DNA of 11,758 bases. Source: Octopus sinensis (lineage: Eukaryota). Under the pieces are notes generated by a model. The model was not told where the DNA came from. It saw nothing but the letters and a program-made list of their open reading frames with translations, and searched no databases. Position numbers and translations under genes: made by a program. The stretch is taken from the NCBI RefSeq assembly GCF_006345805.1, contig NW_021826821.1, positions 1 to 11,758 of the forward strand, in the 5' to 3' direction. Positions 9,949 through 11,758 of this stretch are shown piece after piece; the stretch's first letter is position 1; the number at the start of each line of letters is the position of its first letter.

Positions 9949-10182
9949 TTTCAAAAATTTGCCACAGGGTCAGCTTGGAGGAGGGGATTAAGTCAATTAC
10001 ATCGATGCCAGTGCATAACTGGTATTTATTTTATCGACCCCCGAAAAGATGACATGCAAAGTCGACCTCGACGGAATTTGAACTCAGGACGTATGTACAT
10101 GTTATACGTAAGTGTACGTATAACATGTACATACCACTAAACATTTCACCCGGCGCGCTAAAGTTTCTGCCAGCCCACCACC

Positions 10183-10183
<1 letters not shown>
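9949..10183 (-). mobile_element. Family-A SINE carrying a palindromic insertion at 10091-10134
   Basis: AAAGTCGACCTCGACGGAATTTGAACTCAG core; head CCCGGCGCGCTAAAGTTTCTGCCAGCCCACCACC. Confidence 0.88.
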
Positions 10184-10242
<59 letters not shown>

Positions 10243-10253
10243 GTAATAATAAT
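10184..10253. repeat. (AAT)n microsatellite, 3' tail of the SINE at 10254-10467
   Basis: Direct reading. Confidence 0.97.
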
Positions 10254-10467
10254 CCTTTCTACTAAAGGCACAAGGCCTGAAATCTTGGGGGAGGATCTAA
10301 GTTGATGACATTGACATCAAGTGTTTCACCGGTACTTAATTTATTGACCCTGAAAGCAAAAAAGGCGAAGTCGACCTCGGCGGAATTTGAACTCAGGACG
10401 TAAAGACAAACGCATTACCGCTAAGCATTTCGTCCAGTGTACTAATGATTCAGCCAGCTCGCCGCCT
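10254..10467 (-). mobile_element. Family-A SINE
   Basis: Full head CCAGCTCGCCGCCT and core GAAGTCGACCTCGGCGGAATTTGAACTCAG. Confidence 0.9.
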
Positions 10468-11216
10468 TGATGAGGATAATGATGATGATAGCAAGAACAA
10501 TGATGATGATGTCTTTTATTTTCCACAGGAGCATAATTGAGGGTTGTATTACATGACAGTTTGCAATTTGTGGGTGGGGGTTTGACATGGGGAAAGAAGG
10601 GAAGGGTGGTTGAAATGAGTTAATAATAAAAGATATACAAAATAAGTGACTTCCTCTCTGATGCAGTCTTCCTGTTAGAGGAGAACCTCCAAAGAGCCAA
10701 TGAAGGAACCTAAGAGGTCCAGGATCATGGAAGTACCGGCCCCGAAAGTCCTCCGAAACAGACCCATTAGATCGTTCTCGCCAACTCCAAGTGTTCCCCC
10801 CGGGAATGTCATCGCTCTTACCCCGCACGAGATTTCTATATATTGCTAACATAAGACCGCATTGCCCAACTATTAGAGAGAGGTGTGTGCCGAACGACAT
10901 TCCAGGTGTCAGGTGTCCGATCTTTGTCTTTTCTTGACTCAGGACTACAGCTCAGTCAAAGAGATGAGCTGTGGAAGGGCGCGTCTTGCAAACGGAAACC
11001 ACACTGGCTCACAGTTCCGGAAAATCTGCAGGTTACATAGCCTCAGCGAGTGTCTGCGCGTCAGCAGCTACGGCATGCCAAGTCCACCTTCTAGAGGTCA
11101 CTGGCAACATGTGGGACCGTCTAACCAGTTGAACGTATCCCTTCCACAGGAAGAAGAAAAATGGACGCTCCAGTCTGGCCAAACTTGGATGAGGTAAGGC
11201 GCAACGGTCAGGCGTT
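10468..11216 (-). mobile_element. 5'-truncated, decayed L1-clade (Tx1-like) LINE 3' fragment
   Basis: Minus strand across frameshifts reads RLTVAP..LARLERPFFFFLWKGYVQLVRRS/TCCQ*PLEGGLGMP*LLTRRHSLRL, matching the L1/Tx1 post-RT FLW...GGLG motif. 3' UTR 10511-10674, AATAAA at 10515-10520 (minus), (ATC)n tail. Confidence 0.8.
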
Positions 11217-11594
11217 AAGCTGTTCCGGTTTGTCTTTACTTTTGTCATCACTTCGTATTCAGTTAAAAGAAACTCGACTACCTGAACTTTCGTAGTATCT
11301 GATACCATTATGATGATGTTATCCTTGTTTGGAAGAGATGCTCCTCGAGTGTTCCCGCTTCAGAAGCAATGGCTTGAAAGCCAGTGCCTATAGAAAAGAG
11401 GAGAAAAGACAGCTTGATGGCTTGATCGCACGATATGAAACGGTCCCGAGAGATGACTGTTTACTCTGCCTACCGAACAAATGCCATTTGTGCATTGCAG
11501 CTATCTGGCATATTGCCATAAAACTCATAGAGCAAATTATCTGAATCAGGCAATTGCTCCTTGTGCAACCATTCAATACCTCTTCTGTCTATAA

Positions 11595-11758
11595 GGGCGG
11601 CGAGCTGACAAATCGTTAGCACGCCGGGCGAAATGCTTGCCGGTATTTCGTCTGCCTTTGCGTTCTGAGTTCAAATTCCGCCGAGGTCGACTTTGCCTTT
11701 CATCCTTTCGGTGTCGATAAATTAAGTACCAGTACGCACTGGGGTCGATGTAATCGAC
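11595..11758 (+). mobile_element. Young family-A SINE, truncated by window end
   Basis: Close match to 1833-1996 with CpGs retained. Confidence 0.92.

Noticed and set aside
11310-11410. Strong minus-strand acceptor TTTTCTCCTCTTTTCTATAG| at 11388
   Set aside because: All three frames close within ~27 codons and no convincing donor precedes the stops

Overview
AT-rich, microsatellite-dense eukaryotic DNA with no bacterial-type genes and no intact long ORF. Nearly all listed ORFs are artefacts of (TA)n/(CA)n/(GAA)n repeats. The window holds at least three tRNA-headed SINE families, a decayed RTE-clade (Rex3/Expander-like) LINE 3' fragment (4059-4540,+), a decayed L1/Tx1-like LINE 3' fragment (10468-11216,-), a short (AAC)-tailed repeat in 3 copies, and an inverted-repeat element (4848-5746) that may be a non-autonomous DNA transposon. 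The SINEs resemble those I recall from Octopus genomes, so a cephalopod intron or intergenic region is likely (inference, not searched). The most notable details are a perfect 20-bp hairpin inside a SINE that matches a tract 1.2 kb upstream, a minisatellite built from a SINE's first 15 nt, a head-to-tail LINE-SINE-SINE-SINE stack, and one candidate 57-nt exon. I see no convincing new biological system.
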